Assembly: GCF_038025025.1 (NCBI RefSeq)
Contig: NW_027117349.1
Coordinates: forward strand, 1,054,001-1,118,000
From: Phyllosticta citribraziliensis
Taxonomy: Eukaryota
DNA length: 64,000 bases
Direction: 5' to 3'
Shown here piece by piece: positions 1 through 10,500 of the stretch. Positions within the stretch are counted from its first letter, which is position 1. Each line of letters starts with the position of its first letter. The translations under genes and the position numbers were made by a program. The notes beneath the pieces are model-generated. The model made no database searches and was not told the origin of the DNA. It saw only the letters and a list, made by a program, of their open reading frames with translations.

Positions 1-78
1 TATCGGGCACATGGCTGTGATCTGGCAAGAGCGCCGTCCTATTCACATGGTCAGTTGAGGGTGCGGTAGTTCTAGGTC

Positions 79-290
79 TTGAATGCTCCTCAAGCGCGTA
101 GTGTTCAGGGCACTGAATGCTTCTTGTTTCCACTTTTTGCGCGCTTGAATGCTCCCTACACCTTCCGGGTTGAGAAGTTGAATGCTCCTTGACTGCGTCA
201 TGAAGAGGAGCTTGAATGCTCCTTATTTGCGTAATGGCAAGGGTATTGAATGCTCCCTGGCCGTGTTTCTTTCGACGCACGAATGCTCCT
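79..290 (+). repeat. Array of seven 12-bp direct repeats (consensus TTGAATGCTCCY) with unique 20-22 nt spacers
   Basis: GAATGCT cores at 81, 115, 147, 180, 214, 248 and 281 (periods 34, 32, 33, 34, 34, 33); spacers unrelated to each other. Confidence 0.9.
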
Positions 291-825
291 CAGGTGCTGG
301 CCCAATTCGTGGTGGAGAGGTAGGTGCTTTTGCCCTTTTTACTGTTGGACATCTTTCTCTGACTTGAAGGCCGAACTCTGCCCCGCGGCCAGCAGCGGGC
401 ACAGTACTTGAGCTCGCCAGCTTGGGAAGTCGCAACGCTTGTGCTGGTTGGCAACAAACACTCTCCGCCGCCCTCTCCCCTTCTTCCATTTCTCTGCATC
501 CCATCTCCTGACAACTATGGCCCATTGACCGTTTCCCTTAAACCTGGGTCGACCTCTGCAACCGCCGCGTACCGCCGCTCAGCAACCGCCTACGTCAACC
601 CAAGCTGACCTCACATTCGTGGGTCCAAGGTACGCTTTCATCTGTGTAATTCCATCGCGATTGCAGGTCAACTAACAGCAATGGCGCAGAAGAAGCTGCC
701 GATACCCAGTCACCGATTCTGCGGAGTTAGATACAGTACTAGGCCAAAAGTATTTACTTAATTAGCCAATAACGCAGAACACAAAATCGCGCACTTACAT
801 CCCCCCCCTTTACTTTACTACCACT

Positions 826-2504
826 ATAGCTCCATATACTCTATTAGTATAAGTCTTTAGTACTTAAGAGTATTATAAGGAGCTTACTCTAGTTTAAAGA
901 GCTCTTATTATTTTATCCTACTATTCTAGTAAGAAAGTCTTAATAATTACTTCTAAGCTTTCTATACTACTATTAATAGTTAAATATACCTTATAAAACT
1001 CTATACCTAACTATAGTAGTATATCTAAAGTATATACTAGTTAGCTAAGGGCTATATTAGATTAAGATAAATAGGTTATTATCTAGGAAGTATAAAAAAA
1101 TCTAAAAGTAATATATACCTAGCTCTATAATTTATATAGACTAATAATATTATCTAAAACCTATTACTATATTCTTAAGTAGTATAATATTACTAATTAG
1201 AAGGTAGCTAAGTAGCCCTTCCTTATAATTATATATATAGCTATTTAACTTACTTAGGCTAAGGTATAGTATAACTAGACTATAATAGATTAGGCTAAAC
1301 TTATCTAGTCTAATAAGTACTCTATAAAGTATAGTAAGGGTAAATAATATAAATAGATCTTCTATATACTAGACTAGAAGTAGGAGTAGGAAATAATTAA
1401 AATATATAAGAAAGGAAAAAATATATTAGTTATAGTCTAAATAATATTTTCTAGTACTCTTAAAAGGAGTAATCTCTTTATAATAATAAGAGATCTAGAG
1501 GTAAAGAGGAAGAGCTACTCTACTAACTTCTATCTTTAAGTTTTAGATAAAATAATTCCTACTTTATAGGAACCTAGTATAACCTTTATATAGAATAATA
1601 CCCCTATCTATAAGTTAAAGAAGATTATAAAATAGTTTAAAACTATAGCTATACCCCTTATTAATTAGCCCCCCTATTTACTAGTATAGGTAGGACTAGC
1701 TACTTACTAATATACTTACTTAGCTAGCTAAAATACTAGTACTAGAAGAGGTATAAGAGATAGTAACTAGTAGTAAATAAGTAGGCTCTATAGAATAGGA
1801 ATAAAATAACTACTAAACTAACTAAAATAAGCTACTATCTAGCTATTATTTTACTATCTAAGTAGTATAAGACTTAAGTATAAATAAATAAATAACTAAG
1901 TATTTAGTAGATAGTAGTTTAACTAAGTATAAAAGACTTTATTTATATAAGTAGTACCTCTTAATAAGTAGCTATAAAAGGGAGTATATAACTAGCTAAT
2001 CTACTACTAAAAATACTAATAATATAAGACCTCCTATTACTACTAAAGATACTAAGTTTACTTATACTTTTATTAGCTATTATTATTACTACTAAACTAT
2101 ATAGAACTATATTTTCCTAGTATTCTAGAGCTACCTATAGTCTTATTTTCTTACTAGCCTAATCTTCTACTTATATCTAAGCTAAAATTATAGCTAAGAA
2201 TAAGAATAATAATTACTAAAAGTAACCCTTAAAAGCTATAAAAACTATACTAGCTAGTAGTACTATACTAGATCTTAATCTAATTAAATACCTCTAGTAG
2301 TATCTTAAAAGAGAGGTCTACTATACTTACTCTAACCTCCTAATAATTACTAGTAGGGAAGAGTATATTAAAGAGGAGCTAGAAAAAGCTTTAAAAAAAG
2401 CCTAGAATAATTTACTATAGTAGTATTTTAATAATATCTTAGAGAGTATACCTAGGAGAGTAGTAGTAGTAATTATAGTAGAGAGGTAGTATATAAAATA
2501 TTAA
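826..2504 (+). pseudogene. Tc1-family transposase, RIP-mutated and split by an insertion
   Basis: Reversing C>T/G>A changes gives AKRPFL, IWSDECSV (WSDE 1306-1317), SVMVW, FMQDNAPIH (~1585), DWPPYSP / DLNPIEHLW (to ~2297) and SMPRRV..VI..EGWYTKY*. 34 residues lie between the second D and the E. Confidence 0.88.
1685..2267. mobile_element. 583-bp RIPped nested insertion, probably a solo LTR (alternatively a MITE)
   Basis: Interrupts YSP|DLNPIE exactly; flanked by CTAG duplication (1681-1684, 2268-2271); ends TATAG...CTATA (RIP form of TG...CA); internal TATAAAAGGG near 1974. Confidence 0.7.
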
Positions 2505-3225
2505 ACTAGTAGAAAAATTTAAATTACTTTAAATTACTTAATAAACTAGCTATAGAACTAATTAGAGCTATTAGAAATAGCTAGGGTATTAGGTTATTAA
2601 GTAGTAGCTAGGAGGTAGTTAGTCTAGCCTAACTAGGAAAATACTAGGCAGCTAAAGACTTTTATCCTCCTATATACCTCATAAGATACAATTGACAAGG
2701 ACTTTTCCAAAAACACCCCGACGGACTCTGAATGCACCGCCATGCCCCCGCCTCGGCCAGGTACCCGATTTGCTCGAACCTCGTCACAGCGCAAATATCA
2801 ACGAGCCTTTAGGCTTTGTCTGTCAATTTCACCGCATCGGCAAGTCGACCAGTTTACTACAGCCTACAATCGCGGCTTCGCCGCAGGCTAGGAGGCCTAC
2901 AGTGAATCTTTCATCAAGCAAGAGCCCGGTCCAGAAGGACAGGCGCCGAACTCGTCTTCCGTCCAGCGGCCTTTAGCACCCAGCCACAAACGAAAACAGC
3001 CCACTTCTAACAATGATTATGGCGTCCCGGAGAACAATAAGATGCCAGAGACTCACAGTGATCTGGAGAACAATGGAGTTCCAGAGGAGAACAGAGTTCT
3101 GGAGAACAAAGGAGGACCGGAGAACGATTGAGCGCCGGAGACCATCACTTGAAATAGCCTACCGTCTATCTTACAACCTTAACTGCCCAGCTGTAAATGG
3201 AAGCAGCACATCCCTTCCAACGACG

Positions 3226-3702
3226 ATGATGGCAGAGAAGATCAACAAACATCTCGACTCCGATTGCCAATCCCACCTTGTCGATGTTCCCAAAGCCTAC
3301 GAACAGTCAAGCGTCGCCCTCCTGCCATCTAACAGCGGTATAAGCACCAAACCTCATGTCGACGCAATTCAAGCTGCGTACAATCGCGGCTTTACTGCTG
3401 GTTGGAAGGCACATCAACAATCTTCCGTCGAGAAAGAGTCGGGTGCGGCAGACGCACAATCCTCCATCAAGCAAGAGTCGGCGACCATCGCGCCAAAGCC
3501 GAGCAGCCGCAAACGCAAACAACCGGTCGATTCCGACAGCGATGCGCCTGAGGTCATCACCCAATACGACCAGGGTGTCAAAATGATCCCCAAGGCAGTA
3601 CTTGCAAAGATGAACGAGACCAAGCAGCCTCAGGCATGGAGCCTGAGCGGCGGCGGACGAGCCTCGTGTGAGATGCTTGGCAAGAACATTAGAGAACTAT
3701 AG
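3226..3702 (+). pseudogene. Orphan gene copy B, not RIPped but probably 3' truncated
   Basis: Open frame with AYNRGFTAGW, IKQE and RKRKQP shared with copy A; the frame ends as it enters the RIPped tract. Confidence 0.5.
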
Positions 3703-3853
3703 AGTATTAGAGAACAATAATAGAGTTAGAAATTAATAGAGTGTTAGAGATTAATAGAGTATTAGAGATTAATAGAGTATTAGAGATTAATAGAATATTA
3801 GAGATTAATAAAGTATTAGAGGATAATTAAGTACTAGAGAATAATAGAGGCTA
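3689..3853 (+). repeat. RIPped 18-bp tandem repeat (TTAGAGATTAATAGAGTA, about 9 units)
   Basis: Corresponds to the less mutated PENNGV-like coding repeat at ~3027-3140. Confidence 0.8.
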
Positions 3854-4300
3854 GAGATTATTACCTAGTATAATTATAGTATTAAGATAATCCCTAAGGC
3901 AGTCCTAATAAAGATAAATAAGACTAAGTAGCCTTAGATATAGAACCTAAGTAGTAGTAGATAAGCCTTATATAAGATACTTAGTAAGAATATTATTATT
4001 ATAAATATATATAGTTCCTACCTAGACGGCCCTTAGTTCCTAAAGCCCTAGATAAAGGTAAAAGAGAATAGTACTACCTAGAATATTTCTAGAGTTCTTA
4101 AGTACTAGCCTATTACTACTAACCCTAATATAGTATAACTACTATATAAGAAAATAAAGGAGTATATTAATAGTTCTACTTCTATTATTAAATTTTATAG
4201 AGATTTCTTTTATATACTAAGGGATGTTTTTATTTAAGTATTAACTAACTTAGGCTACCTAGAGGCCTTCTAGCTATTTATTACCTAGGTTAAGGCGACC
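3854..4300 (+). pseudogene. RIPped paralogue (copy C) of the orphan gene
   Basis: 3854-3994 aligns without gaps to 3550-3690, mostly by C>T/G>A changes; 3' boundary approximate. Confidence 0.7.
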
Positions 4301-4740
4301 TACTTTCTATAAAAGTAGCTATATAGTATACTCTCTTTAATATCTTTTATATACGCATTATTTACTAGATAGGTAGCTTATTACTATATATTAAGTTCCC
4401 TTTTTTCCCTCTTTATTTCTATTTTTCCTATATACTAGGAGGAGTTATATATTAAGAATTATATACTTAAGAAGTATTTATATACTTAGTTCTATAATAC
4501 TAAAAGAGATAGAGTCTAGAAAGGAGTATACTATCTTATATAAATACTCCTTATCCCTATCTATAGTTATAAGTTAGTTAAATACTCTCTAACTTTATTA
4601 AGTAAGGAGTATTAAATAACCCCTTCCTATATTTTATATATAAAGGCTTTTAGTATATAGAATATTAAAATTTTAAATTATACTACTTTTAGAAAGATAG
4701 CTAGTTTACTAACTCCTCTTTTCTAGCTACTAACTTCTAC

Positions 4741-5126
4741 TTTTTAGATACTTATCCTTCTCTCCCCTCTCCCCTCCCTCTCTACTATTCTAGATAGTAA
4801 ATTACTACTTACCTTATAATATTTAAATTTATAGTATTATCTAATTTAGCTATAATATATATAACCTACTATCTATCTACCTACTATATATACTATATCT
4901 ACTATCTACTATATTATCTACTATACTAAGTAAGTAGTATACTAAGTAGGAGATATACTATAGTATATATAGGTAGTATAGTAGATAGGTAGTAGGTAAT
5001 ATATTATAGCTAAATTAGATACTACTATAACTTTTAATATTATAAGGTATAGGTAAGTAGTAGATAAGTAGATAAAGTAGGTATAAACTATATCTAATTA
5101 GGTAGGGGGGGGTTAGTATCTAAAAA
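4741..5126. repeat. RIPped long inverted repeat / foldback (MITE-like)
   Basis: Arms ~4805-4880 and ~4981-5060 include a perfect 23-bp inverted match (4838-4860 / 4999-5021); outer match TTTTTAGATACT 4741-4752 / 5115-5126. Confidence 0.75.
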
Positions 5127-5311
5127 AGGGGGGTTTTAAACTAGGCACCTTTAGAAACCTTAAGCAAGGATTCCGGCAGAAATATGAAATTGCTATTAAA
5201 GTGACTGTCTATCTACCGATATCTACTGCGCAGTATTCTCCGCCCATCCGCGTTGGCTCGTAGAATGAGACCGTTCGCAAAGACTTGAGTTGCTGACGGC
5301 TCTTTTACATG

Positions 5312-5710
5312 CTAGCCACTTCCATCGTCTTCCTCGCACAAGACATCAACCAGAATGTCGCGCAATCCATTGAGTTTGGCCTTGCTCTGCGAGAGAGCAT
5401 AGCTCAGTGCAGACTGAATGGCGATCTTGAGCGTATCATCGCTTTTGTCACCGGCACTGACCATTTCCGGGACGAAGCAAAGTGGGTCTTCAAGGCTGTA
5501 GATGCTGATGCAATGCTCGTGGTGCTCGTCGAAATAATCGAATTTGGAAATGGTATCTTTGACGGCGCCTGTGATTGGCGCAACATTTGCGTTCCTTGCG
5601 TCCTTTGAGGGCATTTGAAGACTGTCGTCGATCCTCTCATTGATTTCTTCGGCCTTGACTTTTAGCAGTTCGTTGAACCTTACCTCAGAGGTGGAGGTGA
5701 ATACTTGGGT
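5312..5710 (-). pseudogene. Possible orphan coding remnant
   Basis: About 130 open codons of protein-like composition; no recognisable motif. Confidence 0.25.
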
Positions 5711-6276
5711 TTAGTGGATCGCAGAGGCACCGGTTGGGAATTCGTCTTTTCGGGGCGCTTGACTACGGTCAGAGGTCTGGTGCCGGCGGTTCCCGAAGCC
5801 AGATCATGCGTTTTTGGGCGTGAGAGCGAAGCGAAAATCGCGTGCGTGGGCCAGCGCTGATGGGCTCAGAGCGCAAGACGATTTGAGTGTTTGCGCAGCT
5901 GCAGTGCGGCCGGTTGACCAGATGACGCGTGATGGGGGAGGTGAAAGGCTTTGGTGCCAGAAGTCAGGCAGATTCTGTGGTTGATGTGTCGTGGCGTAGA
6001 ACGCGCGCAATGGGCGAGGGCAGCTGGGAGGTGACTTGCTGCTTCGTACTTCAAGAAGTCCGCTCTGTCCCAATTCTCACACTGAATGCACGTCAAGCAG
6101 CACTGGCAAGGGTTTAGTTTGACGACTTCTTCTTTCGAGGAGAGATATCAATGCTCGCAGTTATCGTTCAGAACTCTCCATGTCAGCCTGTGCAAATCTA
6201 TCCCACTCGTAGCCAGTGTTTTGATTTCTCATGCTCTCTGTGTCAACCATAGCAATTTCCCAGTCACGCCCCTTCT

Positions 6277-7365
6277 TCACGCCTCGATTGTCATCTCTCC
6301 AATAATCCTCACAAGGCCCTTCAGCATCCCAAGAAGAGCCTCCTCTCCGGCCAAAGTGTGCGAAAATACACTCCTGACAGCAGACACAAAAGCATTCCTG
6401 ACAACAGTGGGGTCGTCGGTGACGGGACGCGTTTCCAAAAACCGGCGTTTGACTTTGTCGTCGAAATCTTTGGCCCTGTCGACAACTTCTTCCAACGACA
6501 CAGCCACCGCCTGCAGAACCGACGACTGCTAATCGAAGTTCAACGTTTCCTGAACGACCTCCAGCATCTCGTGGATAGTATGAGTGTCGTTCGCCACTTG
6601 CACTTGAACAAGCGCAAAAGTGATGCCGTTTATGAAAGCCTGTTTGGCGAGGTGGTCTCCGACCGCAACACGATTTAGGTTCCAGCTATTGTCGATTGCG
6701 TCGTTCAACAAAGCGTCGGTTCCCGGCCCAGTATTCTTCTGATTGAACAATTCAGCCTGGGCAATGGTATGTCTAATTGCCTCTTTGACGCAGTGCATAT
6801 GTAAGATCTCCTCATCGAAGCTTAGAGGCTCGTTCTTGCCGCGAACCACGTTTTCAAAAGCCGCCTTTGCGTTGTAATTGCCGGCGGCAATGTCCTGCAT
6901 TCGCAATTTGTGGACCTCCTCTAAGAACGGGGCCAGCATTGTGTACTTCAAGTCAACTTTCTGTTCAACAAGCTGCTTTTTGAGGGTGCCAATGAGATCT
7001 TTATCGTCGGGGGCACCGTCGATGCCCGGCCACTTTTTCTTCCACTCGACAATCATCTGGATAGAGTCGCCGGATGTCCATTCCGTCGCTTGGCCGTCCA
7101 CGAATTTCCGTAGTGCTGGGTAGGTTGGACGCGGTCCAGGATATTTCATGGCCTGTTCCAAGGCCTCTAGAAGCGAAGGGTCTCTTGAGCGATCGTATGC
7201 GCTTGTGAGCAGAGCGAGTCGGCTCTCTCTGTCCAGCCTTTTGTCCAGGATCACCTCCACTCCGTTTGCAGCTCTTGCCTTCTGTGACTCCATGGTCTGG
7301 AAGTGAGGAAGCATGTTAGTGATTTCCTTGCCACGAGCGAGTACTGCTTCCTCATTGACGCTCAC
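6277..7365 (-). pseudogene. Hypothetical helical protein with a probable premature stop
   Basis: ORF 6529-7365 and ORF 6277-6507 share a frame, separated by one TAG (6529-6531); start not identified. Confidence 0.5.
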
Positions 7366-8139
7366 CTTTATGGCTTGTTGGAGTACAAGGCGAATTCGGA
7401 CCAGAAGCGGCGGAGTGAAGCGGAATTGACGGGGCAGAGTATTTCGACAACGAGAGCAGCGCTCGGCAGGTACGGTGAGCAGCTGACGCTATACACGCTG
7501 ACGGGTTGGAAGAGGCGGCTATTCTTAGGCTTTTCACAGCAGTGCCAGAAGAGAGTGGAGCAAGCTGGGCTGGCTCAAGTCGCCATAGGCAAGTTGTGAT
7601 TGTGATAGGTAATCCGTCCCGCGCTCTAGCAAGGAATCCCTGACGCTGTTTCCGCCATGTGTGCGGTCTTTGCTAAGCACTTGCAAGGTAGCACCAACGG
7701 CGATTGTGCCAAGCGCTGTGGTCAGCCCGGGGCGGTGACAGGGACAGGGCAGCGGCTGGCGGGATCTAATTGGCGAGTATAACTGCTGGAATAGGAAGGA
7801 GGGTCCAGGGAGGCAAACCTAGTTTGAGTAGCACAACACCATGGCGGGAGACGAGAACGATGTATGCAAGCTGGTTTGGAGCATTTGTGCGTTTTGATTC
7901 GTTGCAATTATTCATTAAGCCGTTCGCCTGTGCGATCTGGTATCAGTCAAGGAAAGTTCTCCAGAGCCTTGCGCGAGACGCGCGCGGAGGTTGCGGAGAA
8001 ATCTACGGTATGTACAAGAAGACCCTGTGACCTTGTCCCGTGTCCTCTGAGCCACTAGTGACAAAGAATGGACTGGTCTGGACATAAGGTGCAATGTGAG
8101 AAAGGTGGAAAGAATACACGCCCTACACGACCATCCGAT

Positions 8140-10500
8140 TTAGTCGTCGGTAGGGAAGCGGGATAGCCACTTGAACGTCTCGAGACCAGAGATGATGTTG
8201 TCCGCAGTGGCGTCGCGGTAGACACCGTCACCGCTTGGGATGCCGACAGTAGTAAGAGCCGAGCCGGCGTCGCCAAAGGAGCCAACAGTCTTGCCGAAGC
8301 GGTAGGCGTTCAGGAGGATCTCGCCCGGACGCCCAGCTGGGTAGAGGGTGCTGCTAGAGTTGCCCGAGAAGAGATCCTGGGCGCCAGAAGCGACAATGAC
8401 TGCATCAAAGTCGGTGGCATCAGAGGCTGCGTAAGTTTGGTCGATGCCAGTGGCGAGATGCTCCGCCACAACCTTGACGTCGACTTCCTTAGCGCTCAGA
8501 GCAGACTTGATGGAGCTGATGGACGAGTCATTGGACGCTTTGACCGAAGAAAGAATGCCGACTTTCAGGCCGTCGAGCTTGAGAAGCTTGTCGCTGAAGG
8601 GGCGGACGGACTGGGTCGTGTTGTCGTGGTAGTAGGTAGGATCGGGGTCAGGAGCTGTCAAGCCAATGGCGGTAGCTACACGCTGGGCAATCTCATGTGA
8701 TACTCTGTTGAGCTGAATGAGAACGTTCTGCTTGACAATGTCCGAGGTGAGTTTGCTTGTCTCGAAGCGAATGGCATTGATCAGAAATTGCTTCTCAACC
8801 TTGTTGAGCGAGTTCCAGAACAGGCGAGGTTGGCTCCAGACGTCGGCAAACGTGTCGGAAACAGAGCGCGTCAGAGTGCCAGAGACCTTCCGGTTGGACG
8901 TGAAGAACCCGCGGCCCTGAGTCTTGTTCGCCTGTTTCGGCCAGCCACCACCAACAGTGTTAGGGCTGTAAGCAGCAGTTCCGAGAGGAATAAACATTTG
9001 CGCAGCACCGTCACGGTTGTTGTTGTGGACCTTGGTGCGCGGTTGGTTGATGGGAAGCTGCTCAAAGTTGGGACCACCGTGACGGTTGAGTTGCGTGTCG
9101 AGGTACGAGTAGATGCGGCCCTGGAGCAAAGGGTCATCCGTAAAGTCAACACCACGGACCATATGGCCAGGTTGGAACTGTCACTGTCAGAATGGCGCTC
9201 TTTGGTTGGGTTGAACAAGTCGTACCATGGACTGCTCAGTCTCGGCAAAGTAGTTCTGAGGGTTGCGGTTCAAAGTCATCTTGCCGAGAGGAGTGACAGG
9301 GACATATTCCTCGGGAACAATCTTGGTAGGGTCCAACAGGTCAAAACCGTACTTCAAGTCGTCACCCTCCTCCATGATTTGGACACCGAACTGGGCAATC
9401 ATCAGCGAAGTCATCTCCCACATCAGTACTCCCGAAGCTTACCTCCCACTCAGGGTAGCGACCAGCCTCAATGGCCTCGTACAAGTCCTGGCGGTGGTAG
9501 TCGGCGTTCTTGCCAGCCACCGTCTGAGCCTCCTCCCAAGTGAGGCCCGCCTTGCCTTGAAGGGACTTCCAGTGAAACTTAACGAGCTTCGTGCTGCCAT
9601 CATCTTTGACGAAACGGAAGGTGTGGATACCAAAGCCGTCAGTGTGGCGGAGGGACCGAACAATTCCATGCTGAGCCATGGCCCAGAAAAGCGTGTGGAG
9701 ACTGCTGGGCTGCTGGCTGAAAAAATCCCATGCAGTATCGTGCGCAGTGGCGGCCTGGGGAATCTCATTCTGGGGTTGAGGCTTGACGGCGTGGATGAGG
9801 TCAGGGAAGAGAATAGCATCCTGGATAAAGAATACAGGAATATTGTTGCCGACAATATCTGGAACAGTCAGCTTGGCGACACAGGCAGGCATTGATTTGA
9901 AGCTTACCAAAATTGCCCTCATCCGTGTACAACCTCACAGCAAAACCGTGGACATCGCGAGCAGTATCTGCCGAGCCCCTACTGCCTGCAACAGTCGAGA
10001 AACGGACAAACACAGGTGTTTCCTTGCCCTCCTTGGCGAGGAACGAAGCACCTGTAATGTTGGACCAATCGCCGTAGGAAGTAAAGACACCGTGGGCACC
10101 AAAGCCGCGAGCATGGACGGCACGCTCAGGGACACGCTTGGCAGATGTTAGATTTGAATTTGAGCGCAAACTAGAGGAGATGACGAACCTCGTGGTCAAA
10201 ATGTTGAATCTTTTGGCGGAAAATAAAGTCTTCAAGGAGAGTTGGGCCCCGATCGCCAGCACTCAGTGAGTTTTGATCAGAGATTGGGCCGCCAACATCG
10301 CTGGTAAGATATTCGCCAGTGCTGTTGATCTCGTACTGGGCCAGGAATTCTTCTGTGCCGGAAGGAGGGTCGTATTCGCGGCGGGCAAGGTCAGGGTGGC
10401 CTTCAGGTACGTCGCGGGCTTGAAGCTCTTCGCCCATGAAAGGACAGGCTGCTGAGGCCGAGCCCGCAAGGGCAGCGGCAAAAATGGTTGTGAGAAGCAT
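8140..10500 (-). CDS. catB: Secreted large-subunit monofunctional catalase (CatB/CAT-3 type)
   Basis: Signal peptide [50 protein letters not shown]; heme-ligand [10 protein letters not shown]-terminal DJ-1-like domain. Introns 10137-10188, 9859-9907, 9391-9442, 9178-9225. Confidence 0.96.

Larger units (their letters stand above)
732..2676 (+). mobile_element. RIP-inactivated Tc1/mariner (DD34E) DNA transposon
   Basis: Left end TA|CAGTACTAGGCCAAAAGT is Tc1-like; right end near 2655-2676 is degenerate. About 1.35 kb without the nested insert. Very AT- and TpA-rich. Confidence 0.85.
517..3150 (+). pseudogene. Orphan gene (copy A) disrupted by the Tc1 insertion and by nonsense mutations
   Basis: ATG 517, intron 630-689 (GTACGC...CTAAC...CAG). 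Removing the element between TA 732-733 and TA 2675-2676 gives one frame that runs into AYNRGFAAG*...IKQE...KRKQP, matching the paralogue at 3226-3702. Stops at 526, 2682 and 2889 are each one transition from a sense codon. Confidence 0.55.

Noticed and set aside
79..290. Calling the array a CRISPR
   Set aside because: Eukaryotic context, repeats only 12 bp, no cas genes, and the same motif is dispersed as single sites; reported as an unexplained repeat-spacer array instead.
182..525. Short ORFs across the array
   Set aside because: The repeat period shifts frame and no motif or splice support exists.
801..5140. Poly-C at 801 and poly-G near 5105-5133 as ends of one large element
   Set aside because: The match does not extend, and the poly-C lies inside the Tc1 element.
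1..7600. Starship or other giant mobile element
   Set aside because: No tyrosine-recombinase captain or recognisable cargo in the window; sequence to the left is not visible.
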